Shown here in pieces: positions 46,203 to 55,195 of a stretch of 64,000 nt of DNA. Within the stretch, counting starts at the first letter, position 1. Each line of letters starts with the position of its first letter. Origin of the DNA: an uncultured Gemmatimonadales bacterium (GTDB lineage: Bacteria; Gemmatimonadota; Gemmatimonadetes; Gemmatimonadales; GWC2-71-9); the NCBI GenBank assembly GCA_963798915.1, contig CAWCVB010000002.1:640001-704000 (forward strand), written 5' to 3'. The notes under the pieces are model-generated. The model searched no databases. It worked only from the letters and a program-made list of their open reading frames with translations, and was not told where the DNA came from. Position numbers and translations under genes: made by a program.

Positions 46203-46661
46203 GTGAGCAGCGATCGCCGCAAACGCCAGCTCAAGATCCTCGAGATGATCGAGACCCGGGCATTGCGTACCCAGGAGGAGGTGGCGGACGCACTCGCATC
46301 GGAAGGCTGGGACGTGACCCAGTCCAGCGTGAGCCGGGATATCGCAGCGCTTGGATTGGTCAAGGTGGGCGGGGCATACCGGCGTCCCGCTGCGATCGCT
46401 GTCAATGCGGACGATCCCGACGAGCGGCGTCTGGCCGAGGGTGTGCTGACGGCCGAACCGGCGGGTGACGGACTGGTGGTGCTGCACACGCCTCCGGGCG
46501 AGGCGAGTCGCGTGGGGGCGGCACTCGACCGGCTGGCCTGGAATGAGATCGTGGGAACCATTGCCGGTGACGATACCATTTTTCTCGCCACCAACGGCCG
46601 GGCCGCGCAGCGGCGACTGCTGCGGCTGGTGGGGCGATTTGTGAGCACCGGGCGAGCTTGA
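46203..46661 (+). CDS. argR: Arginine repressor
   Basis: TQEEV, VTQSSVSRDI, GTIAGDDT. Confidence 0.95.
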   Translation: MSSDRRKRQLKILEMIETRALRTQEEVADALASEGWDVTQSSVSRDIAALGLVKVGGAYRRPAAIAVNADDPDERRLAEGVLTAEPAGDGLVVLHTPPGEASRVGAALDRLAWNEIVGTIAGDDTIFLATNGRAAQRRLLRLVGRFVSTGRA

Positions 46662-46724
46662 CGGCTCGGTGGCTCGGCGGAAAGATGGCGCGTTGCGAGC
46701 TCGGTACCTCCAGCCGTCCAGCCG

Positions 46725-48416
46725 TTACTCCTTCCGCCACCCTGGTCCCCGCAGGAACCGCCCCGGCGTCGCGCCGGTATGCTCACCGTCCTTGAGCACC
46801 TGCATGCCGTTCACGAACACGTCCCGGACGCCGGTCGAGTACTGGTGTGGCTTCTCGAAGGTCGCATGGTCAATGATGGTTGCCGGATCGAAGATGACCA
46901 CGTCCGCGAAGTACCCGGGAGCGAGCCGGCCCCGTCGGACAAGCTTGAGATTGGCAGCCGGGAGCGACGTAAGCTTCCGAATCGCCTCGGTCAGCGGCAA
47001 AGCGTGCTGCTCCCGCACGTAGCGGCCGAGCAGCCGGGCCACGTTGCCATAGGCGCGCGGATGGGTACCGGTTCGAAGGAAGACTCCCTCGGTGGCATAG
47101 CTTCCCGCGTCCGACCCGAAGCTCACCCACGGGATCGCCACCTTCTTCCTGACATTCTCTTCTGACATGGTGAAGAAGACACAGCCGACGCGGCTGTCGT
47201 CCTGGATGACCAGGTCCATGGCAGTGGCCTCTGGTGAGGTGCCGCGCAGCCGTGCTACTTCGCCCAGGGTCTTGCCAATCAGGTAGCGCAACGAATCCTG
47301 GCGGAAGCTCACGAGGAGGATGCCGTCCGGGCCGCCCGCGTTGGCAAACGAATTGTCGTAACCGTCCGCGCCACCTCGCATTTCCCGCACGAGGCGCGCA
47401 CGAATGGCGGGATCGCGAAGCCGGGCGACCCACGCATCGTGACCGCCCTCCTGCACCCAGGTTGGCATGGTGGCGTCGAGACCCGTGGAGCTGGCAGGGT
47501 ACGTATACATGTCGGCCGTGATGGCGAGGCCGGCCCGGCGCGCTGAGTCCACCTTGGCGACAATGGAATCGAGTTTGCCCCAGTTGGCCCGGCCCGAAGC
47601 CTTGAGGTGATAGATTTCGGCGGGCACGCCTGCTGCGTCGGCGATGTGAATCAGTTCGTCCAGGGCGTCGAGCACGTGCGAGCCCTCGTCGCGCATGTGC
47701 GAGATGTACATCCCGTGATACTCACCGGCCGCCCGCGCCAATCCGACCAGCTCCTCGGTCGTGGCGTAGTTGTCCGGGGCGTAGATCAGCGAGGAACCGA
47801 CGCCAAGCGCCCCCTCGCGCATCGCCTGGCGCACCAGCTCCTTCATGCGGTCCAGCTCTGCCGGCGTGGCGGGCCGGTTGGCGTAGCCGACCTCGTGGAT
47901 CCTGACGGTGCCCGCACCGACGAACGAGGCCACGTTGGTCGAGATGCCGCGCCGCTCGAGATATTCCAGGTACTCGCCGAGGGTGGTCCAGGGTATTGCA
48001 TACTTGATGTCCTGCTGGCGGGCGATGGCCTCGGCGCGCATCGAATCGGTCAGCGGGCCCATCGAGCTGCCTTCGCCCATGACCTCGAGCGTTACGCCCT
48101 GGCGGATCCCGCCCTGCGAGCGCCCGTCCTGGATCAGGGAAACATTTGCCCAGCTCAGCATGTTGATGAAGCCGGGCGCCACGGCCATGCCCCTGGCATC
48201 GACTTCGGTGGCCGCGCTGCCGGGTGGCACCGGCCCCACAGCGGCAATGCTGTCGCCGATCAGGGCCACGTCGGTCATGACGGGTGGCGATCCGCTGCCG
48301 TCGTACACGGTGCCGCCCCGGATAACGACGTCGTAGCGATGCGCCGCCGCGCTGGTGCCACAACCTGCGATTCCCAGAAGCAGCCCCCCGGACGCCGCCA
48401 GGGCGACGGTGCGCAC
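46725..48416 (-). CDS. N-acyl-D-amino-acid deacylase family amidohydrolase, lipoprotein
   Basis: GGTVYDGSG, APGFIN, SHMRDE, YHLK, GSDAG, HPRAYG; GTG start at 48416 with GGAG. Confidence 0.88.
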   Translation of the reverse strand: MRTVALAASGGLLLGIAGCGTSAAAHRYDVVIRGGTVYDGSGSPPVMTDVALIGDSIAAVGPVPPGSAATEVDARGMAVAPGFINMLSWANVSLIQDGRSQGGIRQGVTLEVMGEGSSMGPLTDSMRAEAIARQQDIKYAIPWTTLGEYLEYLERRGISTNVASFVGAGTVRIHEVGYANRPATPAELDRMKELVRQAMREGALGVGSSLIYAPDNYATTEELVGLARAAGEYHGMYISHMRDEGSHVLDALDELIHIADAAGVPAEIYHLKASGRANWGKLDSIVAKVDSARRAGLAITADMYTYPASSTGLDATMPTWVQEGGHDAWVARLRDPAIRARLVREMRGGADGYDNSFANAGGPDGILLVSFRQDSLRYLIGKTLGEVARLRGTSPEATAMDLVIQDDSRVGCVFFTMSEENVRKKVAIPWVSFGSDAGSYATEGVFLRTGTHPRAYGNVARLLGRYVREQHALPLTEAIRKLTSLPAANLKLVRRGRLAPGYFADVVIFDPATIIDHATFEKPHQYSTGVRDVFVNGMQVLKDGEHTGATPGRFLRGPGWRKE

Positions 48417-48447
48417 CAATTCACTCCACAACGAGGCAGAATCGGTC

Positions 48448-48945
48448 ATGGCCATCAGAGACGGACTCCTTGGAGAATTCGATCACGAGATGAGGAATAC
48501 CCGGAGGACGCTCGAGCGGGTGCCCTTCGAGAAGGCGGACTGGCGGCCGCACGGCAAGTCCCCTACGCTGGGTGGCCTCGCCGTGCATCTGGCGATGCTC
48601 CCGCGCCTGGCCGTGCCGGTGCTGACCGCGACGGAACTGGATATCACCACTGCCGGCAGCAAGGACGCGGCACCGGACAGCACGACGGCCCTGTTGCAGC
48701 GCTTCGACGCCTGCACAGCGGCCGCCCGGACGGCGCTGCTCGGACTGGATGACGACGATATCCGCACGCCCTGGACCTTGCGGGTCGGTGAGCGCGAACT
48801 CTGGACGATGCCCCGGCTCGCGGCCTACCGTGCGTTTGTGATGAATCATCTGGTGCATCACCGGGCACAGATTGGCGTGTACCTCCGGCTCAACGACGTG
48901 GCGGTCCCGGCCATCTATGGCCCGTCGGCCGATGAGGCGGTCTGA
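48448..48945 (+). CDS. DinB-family protein
   Basis: WRPHGKS, LAVHLA, HLVHHRAQIGVYLR, YGPSADE. Confidence 0.9.
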   Translation: MAIRDGLLGEFDHEMRNTRRTLERVPFEKADWRPHGKSPTLGGLAVHLAMLPRLAVPVLTATELDITTAGSKDAAPDSTTALLQRFDACTAAARTALLGLDDDDIRTPWTLRVGERELWTMPRLAAYRAFVMNHLVHHRAQIGVYLRLNDVAVPAIYGPSADEAV

Positions 48946-49391
48946 GCTTCGCTGACCCGGCGCGCAAAGTCATTCCAGAAATCTTCCGTAAATGAACGCA
49001 CCACGCCCTCCAGCAGGCGGGCGCCCAGCCCGGCCAGGGCGCCTTGCACTTCTCCCTCGGCGTTCCAGTGGAGCCGTTGGCGATCGGCAGCGAGCGTCTC
49101 GATGCGGACGCGCGATCGCACCTCGACCTCCGTGCCCGGCGCCGTGCCCGTGGCGGTAAGGCTGGCGTGTTCCTGGGGCACGAGGTCGTGCATGCGCACA
49201 TGCATCACGATATGAAGCTTGAAGACGGAAACGCCCAGGCCCAGATGCAGGTCGTAGCGTTCCGGCGAGAGCACCTCGACGTCATCCACACCTGGCGCCG
49301 AGGCGGCGACAAACCGCGGATCGAGCAAGGCGCGCCAGACCCGGTCGCGGGTGGCGGTGACGTCTGGCGAGCCCGCGAAGTGCAGTTTCAT
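48915..49391 (-). CDS. CoxG/SRPBCC-family protein
   Basis: VWRALLDP...PG; GALAGLGARLL. Confidence 0.8.
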   Translation of the reverse strand: MKLHFAGSPDVTATRDRVWRALLDPRFVAASAPGVDDVEVLSPERYDLHLGLGVSVFKLHIVMHVRMHDLVPQEHASLTATGTAPGTEVEVRSRVRIETLAADRQRLHWNAEGEVQGALAGLGARLLEGVVRSFTEDFWNDFARRVSEAQTASSADGP

Positions 49392-49450
49392 GAAGGGGCT
49401 GTCCGGGTCATGGTCGCGAGTTTCCGCCTCATGGCGATAAGTTAGGGTGC

Positions 49451-50596
49451 ATGCGCGTAGCCATCTTCTCCGAAGTCTACTGGCCGATGGTCAGTGGCGT
49501 GGGGGTGACCCTCCGGCGCCTGGCCGACAGCCTGCTGGCGCGGGGCCACGCCGTGCGGGTCTATTCCGCATCCTACGCGCTGCCGCATTCCGGCGATCGG
49601 CCGGAAGTCTGCCGCTCCCCCAGCCGGCCCTTCTTTCTGTACCCCGACGTGCAATGGGCCTTCCCTCGTCATCGGACGCTGGTAGCCGATGTCGCGCGGT
49701 TTCAGCCGGACGTTGTTCACCTGGCCACCGAATTTGCCATGGGATACGCCGGCGCCAGGGTGGCGCGCCAGCTGGCCCTTCCGGTGGTGGCCTCCGCCCA
49801 TACCGATTACGAACAGTACGCCTCCCGTTATCGGGTGGACTGGGCGGTCCGCGCTGGTTGGCGCTATCTCCGCTGGTTTTACGGCCAGGCCGAAACCGTG
49901 CTTTGTCCGACGCGAATCTATGAGGAGCACCTGCATGCTCGAGGCGTGACCAACACCGGGATCTGGTCGCGCGGGGTGGACGCCCGCGTCTTTCATCCCG
50001 ACTTCCGCTCCAACGCGTTTCGCGGGGCGCTGGGCGCCCGCGAAGGCGACCTGGTGGTAACCTACATCGGGCGGATGGCGCGGGAAAAGAATCTGGAGCT
50101 GCTGCTCGAGGCGTGGACGCTGCTTCGGGCGAGGCATCCGTCGGCCCGGCTGGTGCTGGTGGGGGAGGGTCCCCTGGAGGAGCAGATCGCGCAACGCGCC
50201 CTCCCAGGTGTGCACCTCACCGGCCTCCTCACCGGCCGTGACCTCGCCGAAGCCTACGCCTCGGCCGACCTGTTCGCATTTCCCAGCGTCACCGAGACAT
50301 TCGGCAATGTCCTGCTCGAGGCAATGGCGTCAGGACTCCCGTCGGTGGTGGCAGCGGCCGGTGGCGTGCTGGAGTTCGCGCGCCACGGCCGGAATGCCTG
50401 GCTGGTCGAGCCGAGCTCGGCCGACGCCCTCGCTCACGGCATGGACCGCCTGCTGACCGACCATGAACTTCGCCACGGACTCGGCCGGGGCGCGCTCGCA
50501 ACGGCGGCGGCGCGGGGATGGGAAGGGGTGGATGACCAGCTTCTGCAGGACTACCAGGAGGTGGCGGAGCGCTTTGCCGCTCGGCAGGCGGCATAG
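49451..50596 (+). CDS. GT4 glycosyltransferase
   Basis: MRVAIFSEVYWPMVSGV, GRMAREKN, TETFGNVLLEAMASG. Confidence 0.93.
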   Translation: MRVAIFSEVYWPMVSGVGVTLRRLADSLLARGHAVRVYSASYALPHSGDRPEVCRSPSRPFFLYPDVQWAFPRHRTLVADVARFQPDVVHLATEFAMGYAGARVARQLALPVVASAHTDYEQYASRYRVDWAVRAGWRYLRWFYGQAETVLCPTRIYEEHLHARGVTNTGIWSRGVDARVFHPDFRSNAFRGALGAREGDLVVTYIGRMAREKNLELLLEAWTLLRARHPSARLVLVGEGPLEEQIAQRALPGVHLTGLLTGRDLAEAYASADLFAFPSVTETFGNVLLEAMASGLPSVVAAAGGVLEFARHGRNAWLVEPSSADALAHGMDRLLTDHELRHGLGRGALATAAARGWEGVDDQLLQDYQEVAERFAARQAA

Positions 50597-51413
50597 CGGG
50601 CCCGCTCACTCGACGATCCCTCCGATCGATCCACTGCACGAAAAGCATACCCGCTGTCACCAGGTAGATGAGCCCGGCCGGTATCCACATGATCAGGCCC
50701 GCCACCTGCTGGTCCTGCATTGGTGTCAGGCCCCAGGCGGCAGTCGCCGCTGCATGCACGGCATACCACGGTGATCGCGAAAGCGTCAGCAGCGCACCGA
50801 GCAGCCCGCACTGGAGCCCGGCGGTAAAGACGTACAGGATCCCAAGCCCCCGGTCCATGCGGCGTCCGGGATGGCGAAAGAGCAGCCACCAGAAGGCGAA
50901 GCCGGTGCAGAGGAAGGATGCGTGCTCGAGCGCATGAATGGTCTCATGGCGAACTGCCGCATCGTAGGCGCGCGGCAGGTGCCAGCTCCAGAGCACGATG
51001 GCGCTGGCGACCCAGACGCTGGCCGGCCGCAGGGCCTGCCGGACCAGCGCGCGGAGCCCGTCGGTGGCTCGCCACCACCTGCCCAGCCAATGCCGCCATC
51101 GTCTCGGTAGTGCCCAGAGCGAGATATGAACTGGCGCTGCCATGACCAGGAGCGGCGGCGCCACCAGCAACAGCAGCAGGTGCTGCACCATGTGCGCGGA
51201 GAAGAGCACGTGACCCAGTTCGTCGAGGGGGGAGAGCAGCGCCAGAACCAGTACCATCAGTGCCGCCGCCGCACTGACGACGCGCCACATTGCCACCCCC
51301 CTGCCGCGGCCGGCCCGGTGCCAGAGACGCGTGATACCGGTGCTGTAGACGGCCGCGCCGCATGCGAGCCCGGCCATCACACCAGGATGGAAGTCCCAGC
51401 CGATCGTCAACAC
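50289..51413 (-). CDS. ctaG: Second Caa3_CtaG-type assembly protein; 3' end runs about 300 nt into the convergent GT4 gene
   Basis: LFSAHMVQHLLL, WHLPRAY, HALEH, DQQVAGLIMWIP; homology ends near 50620. Confidence 0.75.
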   Translation of the reverse strand: MLTIGWDFHPGVMAGLACGAAVYSTGITRLWHRAGRGRGVAMWRVVSAAAALMVLVLALLSPLDELGHVLFSAHMVQHLLLLLVAPPLLVMAAPVHISLWALPRRWRHWLGRWWRATDGLRALVRQALRPASVWVASAIVLWSWHLPRAYDAAVRHETIHALEHASFLCTGFAFWWLLFRHPGRRMDRGLGILYVFTAGLQCGLLGALLTLSRSPWYAVHAAATAAWGLTPMQDQQVAGLIMWIPAGLIYLVTAGMLFVQWIDRRDRRVSGPAMPPAERQSAPPPPGSPAEAGHPPLPIPAPPPLRARPGRVRGEVHGRSAGGPCRERGRRPSSARPARHSGRGARTPARHRPLPPPTGVLTPLPRAGHCRMSR

Positions 51414-51754
51414 AGCGGCGCCAGCACAAGGGCAATCGCAAAGAAGACAAGCCCGCCAAGGAACAGCAGGTTCAGGAATATTCCAGCTCGTGCCATGAAG
51501 CGGATGCGCCGGGCGTGCGGGCCATCAGCCTGACGGAAGGCACGGACAGACGCCCGGAAGGACCACGCGCTCGCCGCGGTCGCCGCGATCGTAATTCCGG
51601 CTAGCAGCCACCATCCCGGGCCGAACCGCGACATGCCTGCCGGTGATCGCAGGCACCGGGCGGCTCCGATGGAGACGACAAGCAACAGGTCGCCACTCCA
51701 GGCCGCCGCAGCACCGAATGCCGCCAGCCAGAGCGTGCGCGCGCTGGTACTCAC
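51407..51754 (-). CDS. Small 3-TM membrane protein in oxidase operon 2
   Basis: GTGA coupling to subunit III; two Cys; hydrophobic. Confidence 0.7.
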   Translation of the reverse strand: MSTSARTLWLAAFGAAAAWSGDLLLVVSIGAARCLRSPAGMSRFGPGWWLLAGITIAATAASAWSFRASVRAFRQADGPHARRIRFMARAGIFLNLLFLGGLVFFAIALVLAPLC

Positions 51755-52350
51755 AGGCCGAATCGCGGGCTCAGGTACAGTGACGTGAAGACCGCGATCC
51801 ACACGGCATCAACGAAATGCCAGTACAGCGCCGCATTGTGGAGGTAGTGTCGATGCGTCCGATCCAGCTGGCCTCGCAAGGCCATGGCGAGCACAAAGCC
51901 CAATACGAAGAGACCCACCAGTACGTGCGTCCCATGCAGCCCGGTGACGATGAAGAACACCGATCCGTATGCGTGGCTCGCAGGGGTAAAGGTCTGCTTG
52001 CTGTATTCGACACCCTGCAAGGCCAGGAAGGAGGCACCAAGGATGATCGTCGCGGTCAGGCCCAGCCATGACCGCTGCAGCTGCCCGCGATCCAGGTTCC
52101 GCTCCGCCCACCAGAGCGCAACGCTGCTGGCAAGCAGGAGCCCCGTGTTGGGGAGTGCAATGGTGAGTTCCGGCGGCCCGCCTGGGGGCCACGGTGTGGC
52201 GGACCGTGCCGCCAGGTAGAAGTAGCTGAAGAGCAGGTAGGCAAAGAGCGATGCTTCCGTCACGATCAGGAGCAGCATGCCCCACTGGCCCGGCGGGTGC
52301 GGCTCGGCGGCCTTTCCGACCGGCATGGAGGCGAGCGTGGAAGCCGTCAT
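51751..52350 (-). CDS. ctaE: Heme-copper oxidase subunit III (copy 2)
   Basis: IVTEASLF, TGLHGTHV, YWHFVDAVW. Confidence 0.92.
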   Translation of the reverse strand: MTASTLASMPVGKAAEPHPPGQWGMLLLIVTEASLFAYLLFSYFYLAARSATPWPPGGPPELTIALPNTGLLLASSVALWWAERNLDRGQLQRSWLGLTATIILGASFLALQGVEYSKQTFTPASHAYGSVFFIVTGLHGTHVLVGLFVLGFVLAMALRGQLDRTHRHYLHNAALYWHFVDAVWIAVFTSLYLSPRFGL

Positions 52351-54275
52351 GGCGCGCGCTCCGGCGACATCCGCTCACCACGATCCTCGAGATGCACGGC
52401 ATGTGCTCCGGGCCAGAGCCACGCGCCGACACACACTGCGCTGGCCACCGCTCCAATCACCGCCAAGACCCATTGACTGAAGAGCAGTGCGTAGAACAGC
52501 ACCAGGAGGGCGACGGCCAGGTAGAACGGCCAGAGGCTGTCGCCTGGCATCGGGAGGATGGCAGTCGGCTCGGCGTCCAGGGCCGAGGTGCTGACCGCCT
52601 GGTGGCCATCGTCGAGCGCCGGGCCCTGGTCCAGGACCGTGCCGCCGCCGCCCAGGTCTGCCTCCCAGAGCGGATGACGGCTCGCCACGCGCGGGATGCA
52701 GGCAAAGTTGTAGGGCGGCGGCGGCGATGGCGTCGACCATTCCAGTGTGCCCGCGCCCCAGGGATTGCCCTCCGCGGGCACGCCATGATGCCGGCTTCGC
52801 CAGACATTCACCAGGAAGAGCAGGACGCCGAGGGCGAAGGCAAAGGATCCCGCGGTCACCACCAGGTTCCACGGACCCCACCCCAGCCCGGCGGGATAGG
52901 TGTAGATCCGGCGGGGCATGCCCAGGAAGCCCAGGATGTGCATGGGGAAGAAGCCCACGTTGAACCCGAGCAACATGAGCCAGAAACTCCACCGGCCCAG
53001 CCGCTCCGACATCATGCGGCCGGTCATCTTGGGGAACCAGTAGTGCACCGCAGCAAAGACCGGGAAGAGATTGATGCCGACCAGCACGTAGTGCAGGTGG
53101 GCAACCACGAAATACGAATCGGTGGCCTGCCAGTCGAACGGCACCGCCGCCGTCATGGAGCCGCTCACTCCCCCGATGACAAAGAGGATGATGAACCCCG
53201 CCAGGAAGAGGAACGGCGTCCGGAAGACGGGCCGGCCCTGCCAGATGGTCGCGATCCACGCGAATACCGACACCGCGCTGGGCACCGCGATCACCATGCT
53301 GGCGCCGCTGAAGAAGGAAAGTGAGACGGTCGAGAGTCCGGTGGCGAACATGTGGTGCACCCACACGCCAAAGCCAAGAATGCCGACGGCCACCGTGGCG
53401 AGGGCGACGTAGGCGTAACCGACAAGCGGCCGGCGACAGAACACCGGGATCATGTCCGATGCCATGCTCATGGCTGGCAGGACGATGATGTAGACCCAGG
53501 GATGCCCGAAGATCCAGAAGAGGTGCTGCCAGAGCAGCGGCTGTCCGCCATGCGCCGCGTCGTAGAAGTGGGTCCCGAAGTGGCGATCGAGGTACAGGAA
53601 CAGACAGGCGGCCGTGAGTGAGGGGAGCGCGAACAGGATCGAGACCGATGCCGTCACCGTGCCCCAGAGCAGGATGGGCAGGCGGTCGAGCGACATGCCC
53701 GGCGCCCGCATCTTGAAGAACGTGACCACGAAATTGATGGCGCCCACTGTCGTGGACATGCCGAGGAAGATCATCCCCAGGGCAAAGAAATCGATGTTGG
53801 GTCCCGACAGGTAGCTGGAAGAGGCGAGCGGCACATAGTTGAACCAGCCGGCATTCGGCGCCAGCCCCAGCGGGAAGCTGGTATAGAGAAAGATGCCGGC
53901 GGCCAGGAAGAGCCAGTAGCTCAGCGCATTCACCCTGGGGAAGGCCATGTCGCGCGCGCCGATCATCAGTGGCCAGAGGTAGTTGCTGAAGCCCGACAGG
54001 ATCGGCAGCGCAAACAGGAAGAGCATGGTGACGCCGTGCATCGTGAACAACTGGTCATACGCCGCCGGCGAGACGAGCGATGCGTCCGCATGGGCAAGCT
54101 GGATGCGCATCACCAGCGCCTCGAGTCCGCCCAGCACGAGGAAGGCAAAGGCCGTCACCAGGTAGCGAATGCCGATGACCTTGTGATCCACGCAGGCGAG
54201 TGCCCCGAGGGCCCCGGGCGGCGTTTCCCACAGGCGATGAAGCCGTTCGCGCGCGTCGAGGCACGGCGCCGTCAC
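52347..54275 (-). CDS. ctaD: Heme-copper oxidase subunit I (copy 2), atypical
   Basis: All six His ligands and the cross-link Tyr present (FTMHG, GHPWVY, WVHHM, AHLHY); GMPRR. Confidence 0.95.
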   Translation of the reverse strand: MTAPCLDARERLHRLWETPPGALGALACVDHKVIGIRYLVTAFAFLVLGGLEALVMRIQLAHADASLVSPAAYDQLFTMHGVTMLFLFALPILSGFSNYLWPLMIGARDMAFPRVNALSYWLFLAAGIFLYTSFPLGLAPNAGWFNYVPLASSSYLSGPNIDFFALGMIFLGMSTTVGAINFVVTFFKMRAPGMSLDRLPILLWGTVTASVSILFALPSLTAACLFLYLDRHFGTHFYDAAHGGQPLLWQHLFWIFGHPWVYIIVLPAMSMASDMIPVFCRRPLVGYAYVALATVAVGILGFGVWVHHMFATGLSTVSLSFFSGASMVIAVPSAVSVFAWIATIWQGRPVFRTPFLFLAGFIILFVIGGVSGSMTAAVPFDWQATDSYFVVAHLHYVLVGINLFPVFAAVHYWFPKMTGRMMSERLGRWSFWLMLLGFNVGFFPMHILGFLGMPRRIYTYPAGLGWGPWNLVVTAGSFAFALGVLLFLVNVWRSRHHGVPAEGNPWGAGTLEWSTPSPPPPYNFACIPRVASRHPLWEADLGGGGTVLDQGPALDDGHQAVSTSALDAEPTAILPMPGDSLWPFYLAVALLVLFYALLFSQWVLAVIGAVASAVCVGAWLWPGAHAVHLEDRGERMSPERAP

Positions 54276-55195
54276 CGCAGCCCCCTGAGGTATCGGTTTA
54301 CATCCGTCGTCTCTTGATCGGTGAGTCCGGTGCGGGGCATGAGCACTCCCGGCTTGATGGAATCGGGAGCCGAGAGCCACCGGTCGAGTGCCGCTGCCGT
54401 GTTTGGAAGGACGCCAGCGGCAATGGTGGCCCGGCTGGCCAGGTGAGTCAGGTCCGGACCTGCGTCGCCGTCAGCCGCAGAGCCTCGGATCGTGTGGCAC
54501 GCGGCGCAGCCTCGCTCGAAGAACAGGCTGTCCGGGGCCGTGCGCGCTGGCTCGCGCTGGCGGTGTTCCCAGCGGGCAAAGCCCGCCCCGTCATCCACGA
54601 CCACCGCGAGCCGCATGTTGGCGTGCGCCAGCCCGCAGAACTCCGCACACTGTCCATAAAGGCGCCCTGCCGAGTCGGCCTCGATCCACATCGTGTTGGT
54701 CTGGCCAGGAATGAGGTCGGTCTTCCCGGCGAGCGCCGGCACCCAGAAGCTGTGGATCACGTCGCCAGACAGGAGCTGGAGGCGCACCCGCATGCCGGCG
54801 GGGATATGGAGCTCGTTGGCGGTGACGAAGTCCGTCGCGCCGGACGGCGCCAGGTATTCGAGTTTCCACCAGTAGCGATAGCCGGTGACGCGAACGGTCA
54901 ACCCGGGATCGCGACCGCCACGGGCATAGTCGGTGAGCACGGTCAGGGTGTAGGCAAAGATGCCGAGGAGAATGACCACCGACACGCCAGCGCCGATCAC
55001 GATCCACCGACGTCCCGCGGCCTCGCCGTCGTCCGAGATGCCGACCGCGGGCACGCGGCGGCGGAACAGCGCCATCAGCAGGAGGCCCGCGACCACCAGT
55101 ACTACTACAGTGGCCGTGGCGGCGAGCACCCAGCTCAGCCGCCCGATGGCGAGCGAGGAAGCGCTGCCGTGCGACACGATCGTTGGCGCGCTCAT
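54272..55195 (-). CDS. ctaC: Oxidase subunit II with fused cytochrome c (copy 2)
   Basis: DVIHSFW, CAEFCGLAHANM, CAACH. Confidence 0.93.
   Translation of the reverse strand: MSAPTIVSHGSASSLAIGRLSWVLAATATVVVLVVAGLLLMALFRRRVPAVGISDDGEAAGRRWIVIGAGVSVVILLGIFAYTLTVLTDYARGGRDPGLTVRVTGYRYWWKLEYLAPSGATDFVTANELHIPAGMRVRLQLLSGDVIHSFWVPALAGKTDLIPGQTNTMWIEADSAGRLYGQCAEFCGLAHANMRLAVVVDDGAGFARWEHRQREPARTAPDSLFFERGCAACHTIRGSAADGDAGPDLTHLASRATIAAGVLPNTAAALDRWLSAPDSIKPGVLMPRTGLTDQETTDVNRYLRGLR

Noticed and set aside
46725..48416. D-aminoacylase plus DUF1611-like gene as a D-glutamate catabolic (Dgc) pathway
   Set aside because: The deacylase is convergent and exported, no racemase is adjacent, and X is coupled to biosynthetic arg genes behind an ARG box
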